Below, piece after piece: positions 38,414-46,878 of a DNA stretch of 46,878 nucleotides (position 1 is the stretch's first letter; each line of letters begins with the position of its first letter). The translations under genes and the position numbers were made by a program. The DNA comes from a virus (lineage: Duplodnaviria; Heunggongvirae; Uroviricota; Caudoviricetes). The notes below the pieces were generated by a model. The model had not been told where the DNA came from. It did not search any database and worked only from the letters and a program-made list of their open reading frames with translations. The stretch lies in IMG/VR virus record IMGVR_UViG_2529292735_000017, one strand, 5' to 3'.

Positions 38414-41400
38414 ATGGGTAAAGGCAGCAGTAAGGGGCATACTCCGCGCGAAGCGAAGGACAACCTGAAGTCCACGCAGTTGCTGAGTGTGATCGATGCC
38501 ATCAGCGAAGGGCCGGTTGAAGGTCCGGTGGATGGATTAAAAAGCGTGCTGCTGAACAGTACGCCAGTGCTGGACACTGAGGGGAATACCAACATCTCCG
38601 GCGTCACGGTGGTGTTCCGGGCCGGTGAGCAGGAGCAGACACCGCCGGAGGGATTTGAATCCTCCGGCTCCGAGGCGGTGCTGGGTACGGAAGTGAAATA
38701 CGACACGCCGATCACCCGGACCATCACGTCGGCAAACATTGACCGACTGCGTTTTACCTTCGGCGTGCAGGCACTGGTGGAAACCACCTCAAAGGGGGAC
38801 AGGAATCCGTCGGAAGTCCGCCTGCTGGTTCAGATACAACGTAACGGTGGCTGGGTGACGGAAAAAGACATCACCATTAAAGGCAAAACCACCTCACAGT
38901 ATCTGGCCTCGGTGGTGGTGGGTAACCTGCCGCCGCGCCCGTTCAATATCCGGATGCGCAGGATGACGCCGGACAGCACCACAGACCAGCTGCAGAACAA
39001 AACGCTCTGGTCGTCATACACCGAAATCATCGATGTGAAACAGTGCTACCCGAACACGGCACTGGTCGGCGTACAGGTGGATTCGGAGCAGTTCGGCAGC
39101 CAGCAGGTGAGCCGTAATTATCATCTTCGCGGGCGCATTCTGCAGGTGCCGTCGAACTATAACCCGCAGACGCGACAATACAGCGGTATCTGGGACGGAA
39201 CGTTACAACCGGCATACAGCAACAACATGGCCTGGTGTCTGTGGGATATGCTGACCCATCCGCGCTACGGCATGGGGAAACGTCTTGGTGCGGCGGATGT
39301 GGATAAATGGGCGCTGTATGTCATCGGCCAGAATTGCGACCAGTCGGTGCCGGATGGCTTTGGTGGCACGGAACCGCGTATCACCTGTAATGCGTACCTG
39401 ACCACGCAGCGCAAGGCGTGGGATGTGCTCAGTGATTTCTGCTCGGCGATGCGCTGTATGCCGGTATGGAACGGGCAGACGCTGACGTTCGTGCAGGACC
39501 GGCCATCGGATAAGGTGTGGACCTATAACCGCAGTAATGTGGTGATGCCGGATGATGGCGCGCCGTTCCGCTACAGCTTCAGCGCCCTGAAGGACCGTCA
39601 TAATGCCGTTGAGGTGAACTGGATTGACCCGAATAACGGCTGGGAGACGGCGACAGAGCTTGTGGAGGATACGCAGGCCATTGTCCGTTATGGTCGTAAC
39701 GTCACGAAGATGGATGCCTTTGGCTGTACCAGCCGGGGGCAGGCACACCGCGCCGGGCTGTGGCTGATTAAAACGGAGCTGCTGGAGACGCAGACCGTGG
39801 ACTTCAGCGTGGGCGCAGAAGGGCTTCGCCATGTACCGGGCGATGTCATTGAAATCTGTGATGATGACTATGCGGGGATCAGCACCGGCGGGCGTGTGCT
39901 GGCGGTGAACAGCCAGACCCGGACGCTGACGCTCGACCGTGAAATCACGCTGCCATCCTCCGGTACCACGCTGATAAGCCTGGTTGACGGAAGTGGCAAT
40001 CCGGTCAGCGTGGAGGTTCAGTCCGTCACCGACGGCGTGAAGGTGAAAGTGAGCCGTGTTCCTGACGGCGTTGCCGGATACAGCGTGTGGGGGCTGAAGC
40101 TGCCGACGCTGCGCCAGCGCCTGTTCCGCTGTGTGAGTATCCGTGAGAACGACGACGGCACGTATGCCATCACTGCCGTGCAGCATGTGCCGGAAAAAGA
40201 GGCCATCGTGGATAACGGAGCGCACTTTGACGGCGACCAGAGCGGCACGGTGAATGGTGTCACGCCGCCAGCGGTGCAGCACCTGACCGCAGAAGTCACC
40301 GCAGACAGTGGGGAGTATCAGGTGCTGGCGCGCTGGGACACGCCGAAGGTAGTGAAGGGTGTGAGCTTTATGCTTCGCCTGACCGTGGCCGCCGATGACG
40401 GCAGTGAGCGGCTGGTCAGCACGGCCCGGACGACGGAAACCACTTACCGCTTCAGGCAGCTGGCGCTGGGGCGTTACACGCTGACGGTCCGGGCGGTAAA
40501 TGCCCGGGGACAGCAGGGCGATCCGGCGTCGGTATCGTTCCGGATTGCCGCCCCGGCAGCGCCGTCGCGGATTGAGCTGACGCCGGGCTATTTTCAGATA
40601 ACTGCCACGCCGCATCTTGCGGTTTATGATCCGACGGTACAGTTTGAGTTCTGGTTCTCGGAAACGCGGATTACCGATATCAGGCAGGTTGAAACCACAG
40701 CCCGCTACCTTGGCACGGGGCTGTACTGGATAGCCGCCAGTATCAATATCAAACCGGGCCATGATTATTACTTTTATATCCGCAGTGTGAACACCGTTGG
40801 CAAATCGGCATTCGTGGAGGCCGTCGGTCGGGCGAGCGATGATGCGGAAGGTTACCTGGATTTTTTCAAAGGCAAGATAACCGAATCCCATCTCGGTAAA
40901 GAGCTGCTGGAAAAAGTTGATCTGACGGAGGATAACGCCAGCAGACTGGATGAGTTTTCGAAAGAGTGGAAGGACGCTAACGATAAATGGAATGCCATGT
41001 GGGGCGTCAAAATTGAGCAGACCAAAGACGGCAAACATTATGTCGCGGGTATTGGCCTCAGCATGGAGGACACGGAGGAAGGCAAGCTGAGCCAGTTTCT
41101 GGTTGCCGCTAACCGTATCGCGTTTATTGACCCGGCAAACGGGAATGAAACGCCGATGTTTGTGGCGCAGGGCAACCAGATATTCATGAACGACGTGTTC
41201 CTGAAGCGCCTGACAGCCCCCACCATTACCAGCGGTGGCAGTCCTCCGGTATTTTCCCTGACATCAGACGGAAAGCTGACCGCTAAAAATGCGGATATCA
41301 GTGGTAGTGTGAATGCGAACTCAGGAACGCTCAACAATGTCACGATTAACCAGAACTGTACGATTAAGGGCATGCTGGAGGCGACCCAGGTCAGAGGGGA

Positions 41401-41827
41401 TTTCGTTAAAGCTGTATCAAAAGCCTTCCCGAAAAAAGTCGGTACGTGGGGTAACACGGAAACACCAAACGGTACGGTTACAGTCACCATCAGCGATGAT
41501 CATAACTTTGACCGCCAGATTATTATTCCGCCCATTATTTTTAACGGTATAGCGTATGACGATCCGGGGAGCGGAAATAACCCAGGAGGCACGCGATACA
41601 CGGGTTATGGTTTTGAAGTTCGCAAAAACGGCGTATTAATCGCATCCAGAGAAACTAAAGGGGCCATTCCCGGTAGTTACAGTGCAGTTATTGATATGCC
41701 TAGTGGTGGTGGTAGCGTCACTCTGGAGTTTAAGATTTTCCAGAAAGGCAATCAGGGGGCAGGCAATATCACCGACTGTACGGTGATTGTGACCAAAAAA
41801 GCCGCTTCCGGCATCAGTATTCGTTGA
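38414..41827 (+). CDS. J: Central tail fibre / host specificity protein J
   Basis: 1137 aa, size and position as lambda gpJ. Confidence 0.9.
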   Translation: MGKGSSKGHTPREAKDNLKSTQLLSVIDAISEGPVEGPVDGLKSVLLNSTPVLDTEGNTNISGVTVVFRAGEQEQTPPEGFESSGSEAVLGTEVKYDTPITRTITSANIDRLRFTFGVQALVETTSKGDRNPSEVRLLVQIQRNGGWVTEKDITIKGKTTSQYLASVVVGNLPPRPFNIRMRRMTPDSTTDQLQNKTLWSSYTEIIDVKQCYPNTALVGVQVDSEQFGSQQVSRNYHLRGRILQVPSNYNPQTRQYSGIWDGTLQPAYSNNMAWCLWDMLTHPRYGMGKRLGAADVDKWALYVIGQNCDQSVPDGFGGTEPRITCNAYLTTQRKAWDVLSDFCSAMRCMPVWNGQTLTFVQDRPSDKVWTYNRSNVVMPDDGAPFRYSFSALKDRHNAVEVNWIDPNNGWETATELVEDTQAIVRYGRNVTKMDAFGCTSRGQAHRAGLWLIKTELLETQTVDFSVGAEGLRHVPGDVIEICDDDYAGISTGGRVLAVNSQTRTLTLDREITLPSSGTTLISLVDGSGNPVSVEVQSVTDGVKVKVSRVPDGVAGYSVWGLKLPTLRQRLFRCVSIRENDDGTYAITAVQHVPEKEAIVDNGAHFDGDQSGTVNGVTPPAVQHLTAEVTADSGEYQVLARWDTPKVVKGVSFMLRLTVAADDGSERLVSTARTTETTYRFRQLALGRYTLTVRAVNARGQQGDPASVSFRIAAPAAPSRIELTPGYFQITATPHLAVYDPTVQFEFWFSETRITDIRQVETTARYLGTGLYWIAASINIKPGHDYYFYIRSVNTVGKSAFVEAVGRASDDAEGYLDFFKGKITESHLGKELLEKVDLTEDNASRLDEFSKEWKDANDKWNAMWGVKIEQTKDGKHYVAGIGLSMEDTEEGKLSQFLVAANRIAFIDPANGNETPMFVAQGNQIFMNDVFLKRLTAPTITSGGSPPVFSLTSDGKLTAKNADISGSVNANSGTLNNVTINQNCTIKGMLEATQVRGDFVKAVSKAFPKKVGTWGNTETPNGTVTVTISDDHNFDRQIIIPPIIFNGIAYDDPGSGNNPGGTRYTGYGFEVRKNGVLIASRETKGAIPGSYSAVIDMPSGGGSVTLEFKIFQKGNQGAGNITDCTVIVTKKAASGISIR

Positions 41828-41848
41828 AATTGTTATAACCCATATAAG

Positions 41849-41872
41849 GGCACCAGAAATGGTGCCTTTTTT
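41849..41872 (+). terminator. Intrinsic terminator after J
   Basis: GGCACC-agaaat-GGTGCC stem-loop followed by TTTTTT. Confidence 0.5.
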
Positions 41873-41896
41873 ATTGCAGAAAAGCGAGAGGTAATT

Positions 41897-42496
41897 ATGC
41901 GTAAACTTTATGCCGCCATTTTTTCCGCAGCCATTTGTCTGGCCGTATCCGGTGCGCCTGCATGGGCATCTGAACATCAGTCCACGCTGAGCGCGGGGTA
42001 TCTTCATGCCTCGACGAACGTTCCCGGCAGCGATGATCTTAACGGGATTAACGTGAAATACCGTTATGAGTTTACGGACACACTGGGGATGGTGACGTCG
42101 TTCAGCTATGCAGGAGACAAGAATCGCCAGCTGACCCGTTACAGCGATACCCGCTGGTATGAAGATTCCGTGCGTAACCGCTGGTTCAGCGTGATGGCGG
42201 GGCCGTCTGTACGCGTGAATGAATGGTTCAGCGCGTATGCGATGGCGGGTGTGGCTTACAGCCGTGTGTCGACTTTCTCCGGGGATTATCTCCGCGTAAC
42301 TGACAATAAGGGGAAAACGCACGATGTGCTAACCGGAAGTGATGACGGTCGCCACAGCAACACGTCTCTGGCTTGGGGGGCTGGCGTGCAGTTTAACCCG
42401 ACCGAGTCCGTGGCCATTGATGTCGCTTATGAAGGTTCCGGCAGTGGCGACTGGCGCACTGACGGTTTCATCGTGGGTGTCGGTTATAAATTCTGA
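41897..42496 (+). CDS. lom: Outer-membrane beta-barrel protein Lom (Ail/Lom family)
   Basis: Signal peptide then alternating beta-strand pattern; C-terminal …GFIVGVGYKF; position after J as in lambda. Confidence 0.85.
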   Translation: MRKLYAAIFSAAICLAVSGAPAWASEHQSTLSAGYLHASTNVPGSDDLNGINVKYRYEFTDTLGMVTSFSYAGDKNRQLTRYSDTRWYEDSVRNRWFSVMAGPSVRVNEWFSAYAMAGVAYSRVSTFSGDYLRVTDNKGKTHDVLTGSDDGRHSNTSLAWGAGVQFNPTESVAIDVAYEGSGSGDWRTDGFIVGVGYKF

Positions 42497-42522
42497 TTAG
42501 CCAGGTAACACAGTGTTATGAC

Positions 42523-42549
42523 AGCCCGCCGGTTCAGGCGGGCTTTTTT
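42523..42549 (+). terminator. Intrinsic terminator after lom
   Basis: AGCCCGCC-ggttca-GGCGGGCT stem-loop followed by TTTTTT. Confidence 0.55.
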
Positions 42550-42554
42550 GTGGG

Positions 42555-45500
42555 GTGAATATGGCAGTAAAGATTTCAGGTGTACTGAAAGACGGCACAG
42601 GAAAACCGGTACAGAACTGCACAATCCAGCTGAAAGCAAAACGTAACAGTACCACTGTGGTGGTGAACACGCTGGCCTCAGAAAATCCGGATGAAGCCGG
42701 GCGTTACAGTATGGACGTTGAGTACGGTCAGTACAGCGTTATTCTGTTGGTGGAGGGATTCCCGCCGTCACATGCCGGGACCATCACCGTGTATGAAGAT
42801 TCTCAACCCGGTACGCTGAATGATTTTCTCGGTGCCATGACGGAGGATGATGCCCGTCCGGAGGCACTGCGACGTTTTGAACTGATGGTGGAAGAGGTGG
42901 CGCGTAACGCGTCCGCGGTGGCACAGAACACGGCAGCCGCGAAGAAGTCAGCCAGCGATGCCAGCACATCAGCCCGTGAGGCGGCAACCCATGCGACTGA
43001 TGCTGCAGGCTCAGCACGCGCAGCCAGCACGTCAGCCGGACAGGCCGCGTCGTCGGCTCAGTCAGCGTCTTCCAGCGCAGGAACGGCATCAGCAAAGGCC
43101 ACTGAAGCATCAAAAAGTGCTGCCGCTGCAGAGTCCTCAAAAAGCGCGGCGGCTACCAGTGCCGGTGCGGCGAAAACGTCAGAAACGAATGCGGCAGCGT
43201 CACAACAATCAGCAGCCACTTCTGCATCCACCGCGACCACGAAAGCGTCAGAAGCAGCCACCTCAGCCCGGGATGCGGCGGCCTCAAAAGAGGCAGCGAA
43301 ATCATCAGAAACGAACGCATCCTTGAGCGCCAGTAGCGCAGCTTCCTCGGCAACGGCGGCAGGAAATTCCGCGAAGGCGGCAAAAACGTCCGAGACGAAC
43401 GCCAGGTCTTCTGAGACGGCAGCGGGACAGAGCGCCTCAGCTGCGGCAGGCTCAAAAACAGCGGCTGCGTCATCTGCCAGTGCCGCGTCAACAAGTGCCG
43501 GGCAGGCCTCAGCCAGTGCCACCGCCGCCGGAAAATCGGCAGAAAGCGCCGCATCATCCGCTTCAACAGCCACAACGAAGGCTGGCGAAGCCACTGAGCA
43601 GGCCACGGCAGCAGCGAGGTCAGCTTCCGCAGCGAAGACATCCGAAACGAACGCGAAAGCGTCGGAAACCCGTGCAGAATCCTCAAAAACGGCCGCGGCA
43701 TCGTCCGCCAGTTCGGCGGCGTCATCGGCATCATCGGCGTCTGCTTCAAAAGATGAGGCGACCAGACAGGCGTCAGCAGCGAAGGGCAGCGCCACGACGG
43801 CATCCACGAAGGCGACAGAGGCTGCTGGTAGTGCGAAGGCAGCAGCTCAGAGCAAAAGTACGGCGGAATCTGCAGCAACGCGCGCTGAGACAGCGGCAAA
43901 ACGGGCAGAGGATATTGCATCCGCCGTGGCGCTTGAGGATGCGAGCACGACGAAAAAGGGGATAGTACAGCTCAGTAGTGCGACTAACAGCACTTCCGAG
44001 TCACTGGCGGCAACACCAAAAGCCGTTAAGGCCGCGTATGACCTGGCTAGCGGGAAATACACCGCACAGGATGCAACGACAGCACAGAAAGGGATAATCC
44101 AGCTAAGCAGCGCGACCAACAGCACGTCTGAAACGCTGGCCGCGACACCAAAGGCAGTAAAAGCAGCCAATGACAATGCTGAGAAACGTCTGCAGAAAGA
44201 TCAGAACGGTGCGGATATCCCTGGCAAAGACACCTTTACGAAAAATATTGGTGCCTGCCGTGCCTTCGGTGGGTCAGTAAGCACAACAACAGGAAACTGG
44301 ACGACTGCACAGTTTATCGAGTGGCTGGATTCTCAGGGAGCATTTAACCATCCCTACTGGATGTGCAAGGGTTCCTGGTCTTATGGCAATAATAAAATCA
44401 TTACTGATACTGACTGCGGTAATATTCATCTCGCCGGAGCTGTCATTGAAGTAATGGGGATAAAATCAGCGATGACGATCCGCATTACCACACCGACCAC
44501 CTCCACTGGTGGTGGAACAACTAACGCCCAGTTTACCTATATTAATCACGGAACAGATTATTCACCTGGCTGGCGAAGGGACTATAACTCCAGAAATAAG
44601 CCAACGGCATCAGAGATCGGGGCGTTACCGTCAGGTGGAACAGCAGTATCATCAGTTAATCTGTCTTCAAAAGGTCGGGTAACCGCGCTGACAGACAATA
44701 CGCAGGGGGCAACAGGTCTTGAGTTATACGAGGTGTATAACAACGGATATCCAACAGCGTATGGAAATATCATTCACCTGAAAGGGATGACAGCCGTTGG
44801 CGAAGGTGAGTTACTCATCGGCTGGAGTGGTACAAGCGGTGCTCATGCTCCGGCATTTATTCGTTCACGACGGGATACGACCGACGCAAACTGGTCGCCG
44901 TGGGCGCAGCTTTACACCTCGGCTCATCCTCCTGCAGAGTTTTATCCAGTCGGTGCACCAATCCCGTGGCCATCAGATACCGTTCCGTCTGGCTATGCCC
45001 TGATGCAGGGGCAGACTTTTGACAAATCTGCATACCCGAAACTTGCAGCCGCTTATCCGTCAGGCGTGATCCCTGATATGCGTGGCTGGACGATTAAGGG
45101 CAAACCTGCCAGTGGTCGGGCCGTATTGTCTCAGGAACAGGACGGCATTAAATCGCACACCCACAGCGCCAGCGCATCCAGTACGGATTTGGGGACGAAA
45201 ACCACATCGTCGTTTGATTACGGCACTAAATCCACGAATAACATCGGGGCGCATACGCACAGTGTGAGCGGTACAGCCGCAAGTGCCGGAAACCATACTC
45301 ATAGTGTCACAGGCGCATCAGCAGTCAGCCAGTGGTCACAAAATGGGTCAGTACATAAGGTAGTGTCTGCGGCCAGTGTGAATACAAGTGCTGCAGGAGC
45401 GCACACTCATAGTGTCAGCGGCACAGCTGCATCTGCAGGTGCTCACGCACATACTGTCGGTATTGGTGCTCATACGCACTCGGTTGCGATTGGCTCACAT

Positions 45501-45587
45501 GGACACACCATCACCGTTAACGCTGCTGGTAACGCGGAAAACACCGTCAAAAACATCGCATTTAACTATATTGTGAGGCTTGCATAA
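42555..45587 (+). CDS. stf: Side tail fibre protein (Stf-like) with Ala/Ser-rich repeats and C-terminal His-rich HxH repeats
   Basis: 1010 aa; long low-complexity repeat region (…AAKTSETNA… units), and C-terminal HTHS/HAHT/HGHT repeats typical of receptor-binding tips. Confidence 0.85.
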   Translation: MNMAVKISGVLKDGTGKPVQNCTIQLKAKRNSTTVVVNTLASENPDEAGRYSMDVEYGQYSVILLVEGFPPSHAGTITVYEDSQPGTLNDFLGAMTEDDARPEALRRFELMVEEVARNASAVAQNTAAAKKSASDASTSAREAATHATDAAGSARAASTSAGQAASSAQSASSSAGTASAKATEASKSAAAAESSKSAAATSAGAAKTSETNAAASQQSAATSASTATTKASEAATSARDAAASKEAAKSSETNASLSASSAASSATAAGNSAKAAKTSETNARSSETAAGQSASAAAGSKTAAASSASAASTSAGQASASATAAGKSAESAASSASTATTKAGEATEQATAAARSASAAKTSETNAKASETRAESSKTAAASSASSAASSASSASASKDEATRQASAAKGSATTASTKATEAAGSAKAAAQSKSTAESAATRAETAAKRAEDIASAVALEDASTTKKGIVQLSSATNSTSESLAATPKAVKAAYDLASGKYTAQDATTAQKGIIQLSSATNSTSETLAATPKAVKAANDNAEKRLQKDQNGADIPGKDTFTKNIGACRAFGGSVSTTTGNWTTAQFIEWLDSQGAFNHPYWMCKGSWSYGNNKIITDTDCGNIHLAGAVIEVMGIKSAMTIRITTPTTSTGGGTTNAQFTYINHGTDYSPGWRRDYNSRNKPTASEIGALPSGGTAVSSVNLSSKGRVTALTDNTQGATGLELYEVYNNGYPTAYGNIIHLKGMTAVGEGELLIGWSGTSGAHAPAFIRSRRDTTDANWSPWAQLYTSAHPPAEFYPVGAPIPWPSDTVPSGYALMQGQTFDKSAYPKLAAAYPSGVIPDMRGWTIKGKPASGRAVLSQEQDGIKSHTHSASASSTDLGTKTTSSFDYGTKSTNNIGAHTHSVSGTAASAGNHTHSVTGASAVSQWSQNGSVHKVVSAASVNTSAAGAHTHSVSGTAASAGAHAHTVGIGAHTHSVAIGSHGHTITVNAAGNAENTVKNIAFNYIVRLA
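42930..43910 (+). repeat. Ala/Ser/Thr-rich imperfect tandem repeat region within stf
   Basis: Recurring motifs [24 protein letters not shown](S/G)EAT in the translation; generates long antisense shadow ORFs. Confidence 0.6.
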
Positions 45588-46171
45588 TGGCATTCAGAAT
45601 GAGTGAACAACCACGGACCATAAAAATTTATAATCTGCTGTCCGGAACTAATGAATTTATTGGTGAAGGTGATGCATATATTCCGCCTCATACAGGTCTG
45701 CCAGCAAACAGTACCGATATTGCACCGCCAGATATTCCGGCTGGTTTCGTGGCTGTTTTCAACAGTGATGAGTCATCGTGGCATCTCGTTGAAGATCATC
45801 GGGGTAAAACGGTTTATGACGTGGCTTCCGGCGACGCGTTATTTATTTCTGAACTCGGCTCATTACCGGAAAATGTCACCTGGTTATCCCCGGAAGGGGA
45901 GTTTCAGAAGTGGAACGGCACAGCCTGGGTGAAGGATACGGAAGCAGAAAAACTGTTCCGGATCCGGGAGGCGGAAGAAACAAAAAACAGCCTGATGCAG
46001 GTAGCCAGTGAGCATATAGCGCCGCTTCAGGATGCTGTAGATCTGGAAATCGCAACGGAGGAAGAAACCTCATTGCTGGAAGCCTGGAAAAAATATCGGG
46101 TGTTGCTGAACCGTGTTGATACATCAACTGCACCTGATATTGAGTGGCCTACGAACCCTGTCAGGGAGTAA
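45587..46171 (+). CDS. tfa: Tail fibre assembly protein (Tfa)
   Basis: 194 aa; ATGA overlap with stf stop; typical position. Confidence 0.85.
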   Translation: MAFRMSEQPRTIKIYNLLSGTNEFIGEGDAYIPPHTGLPANSTDIAPPDIPAGFVAVFNSDESSWHLVEDHRGKTVYDVASGDALFISELGSLPENVTWLSPEGEFQKWNGTAWVKDTEAEKLFRIREAEETKNSLMQVASEHIAPLQDAVDLEIATEEETSLLEAWKKYRVLLNRVDTSTAPDIEWPTNPVRE

Positions 46172-46197
46172 TCATTGGGATTATGCCGCAGCACGTC

Positions 46198-46878
46198 TTA
46201 AGCAAGAACGTGCTGCGGTTGGATGCTATTTTTCCCTGAAGCGGAAAACATTACTACAGTACCTTGAACCTTGGTTTTAACATTCTCGAAATGCTCTGAG
46301 AGTATATGTGTTAAGCCTTCTTCGGAATCTTTTGTGTTTGAAAAGATGCCTTTCTGATTGTAAATGCGCATCAGTTTTTGACCGAAGCTATTGTGCACAA
46401 CTCCATCGCCAAGAATTGTGGCTCCGTATAGAGTTCCATCGTCAGTTAAGGCCTGCGCCGCATTGCGTATTACACAGCTTTTTGTAGATATATTTCCAGG
46501 CAGGCAGTGAAGAAGGTAAAACATGGAAATGGAATCAAATTGACCATGTAACGCCGCGGGATAAGGTTCAAAAACATCATGGCTAATTTTATGTTTAATT
46601 TTTGATTCCCCAGCCCTTGTAGATGCCGCGTTCAGGCTAGCTTCGTTCAAATCCATTAAAGATATCAGACTACTCTCAGGTACGTGAGTAAGGTAAAACC
46701 CAGTTCCAACACCAATATCCAGATGGTTGTTACCTAAATGTTCCAGAAAGTGTGGAAGAAGGTGTTCCTTTGTAGGACATCCCCATGCAAGCCGATTTGA
46801 TACTCCCAAAACCCACCAGTCATAAAGCTTTAGGGTAAGTGGTGTGTAAATTTTAGCCCCATCATCTGTGTTTTTTTT
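46198..46878 (-). CDS. Class I SAM-dependent methyltransferase (N-terminus runs off the window; partial)
   Basis: Minus-strand frame stays open to the window end; motif I-like HLDIGVGTGFY; AT-rich; convergent with tfa. Confidence 0.6.
   Translation of the reverse strand, partial: KKNTDDGAKIYTPLTLKLYDWWVLGVSNRLAWGCPTKEHLLPHFLEHLGNNHLDIGVGTGFYLTHVPESSLISLMDLNEASLNAASTRAGESKIKHKISHDVFEPYPAALHGQFDSISMFYLLHCLPGNISTKSCVIRNAAQALTDDGTLYGATILGDGVVHNSFGQKLMRIYNQKGIFSNTKDSEEGLTHILSEHFENVKTKVQGTVVMFSASGKNSIQPQHVLA

Noticed and set aside
39203-41038. 611-aa minus-strand ORF inside J, plus other long antisense ORFs (36412-37386, 43058-43920, 2280-2943)
   Set aside because: These are shadow ORFs inside GC-rich or repetitive genes whose sense strand has clear phage-protein homology. 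Their products are low-complexity (Arg/Pro/Ala-rich).

Overview
This window is a near-complete lambdoid (lambda/Qin-like) prophage of an Escherichia-type host, read left to right from the integrase end to the tail fibres. All calls come from reading the sequence and ORF track and from remembered protein families; no database search was run. Order: int, xis-like and a large exonuclease on the minus strand; a dicB/dicF cell-division-inhibitor operon; a dicA/dicC immunity switch; replication genes; an accessory island with a 449-aa AT-rich orphan ORF on the opposite strand and a Hok toxin; rem/ydfU/rusA/Q; a late promoter/terminator with two tRNAs; two TolA-domain lipoproteins where Stx phages carry toxin; an IS2 with target duplication; a phage-21-type lysis cassette whose ydfR-like gene is split by an IS66 remnant; csp/ynfN/gnsB; a cos-like site; terminase, portal, head and a lambda-like tail through J, lom, stf and tfa; and a partial methyltransferase at the right edge. 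The strongest candidate for an undescribed system is the 449-aa orphan ORF (9015..10364), followed by the TolA-like lipoprotein pair. Three 1-nt homopolymer deletions (IS2 insC, head protease-capsid gene, tape measure gene) suggest either prophage decay or assembly indel errors.
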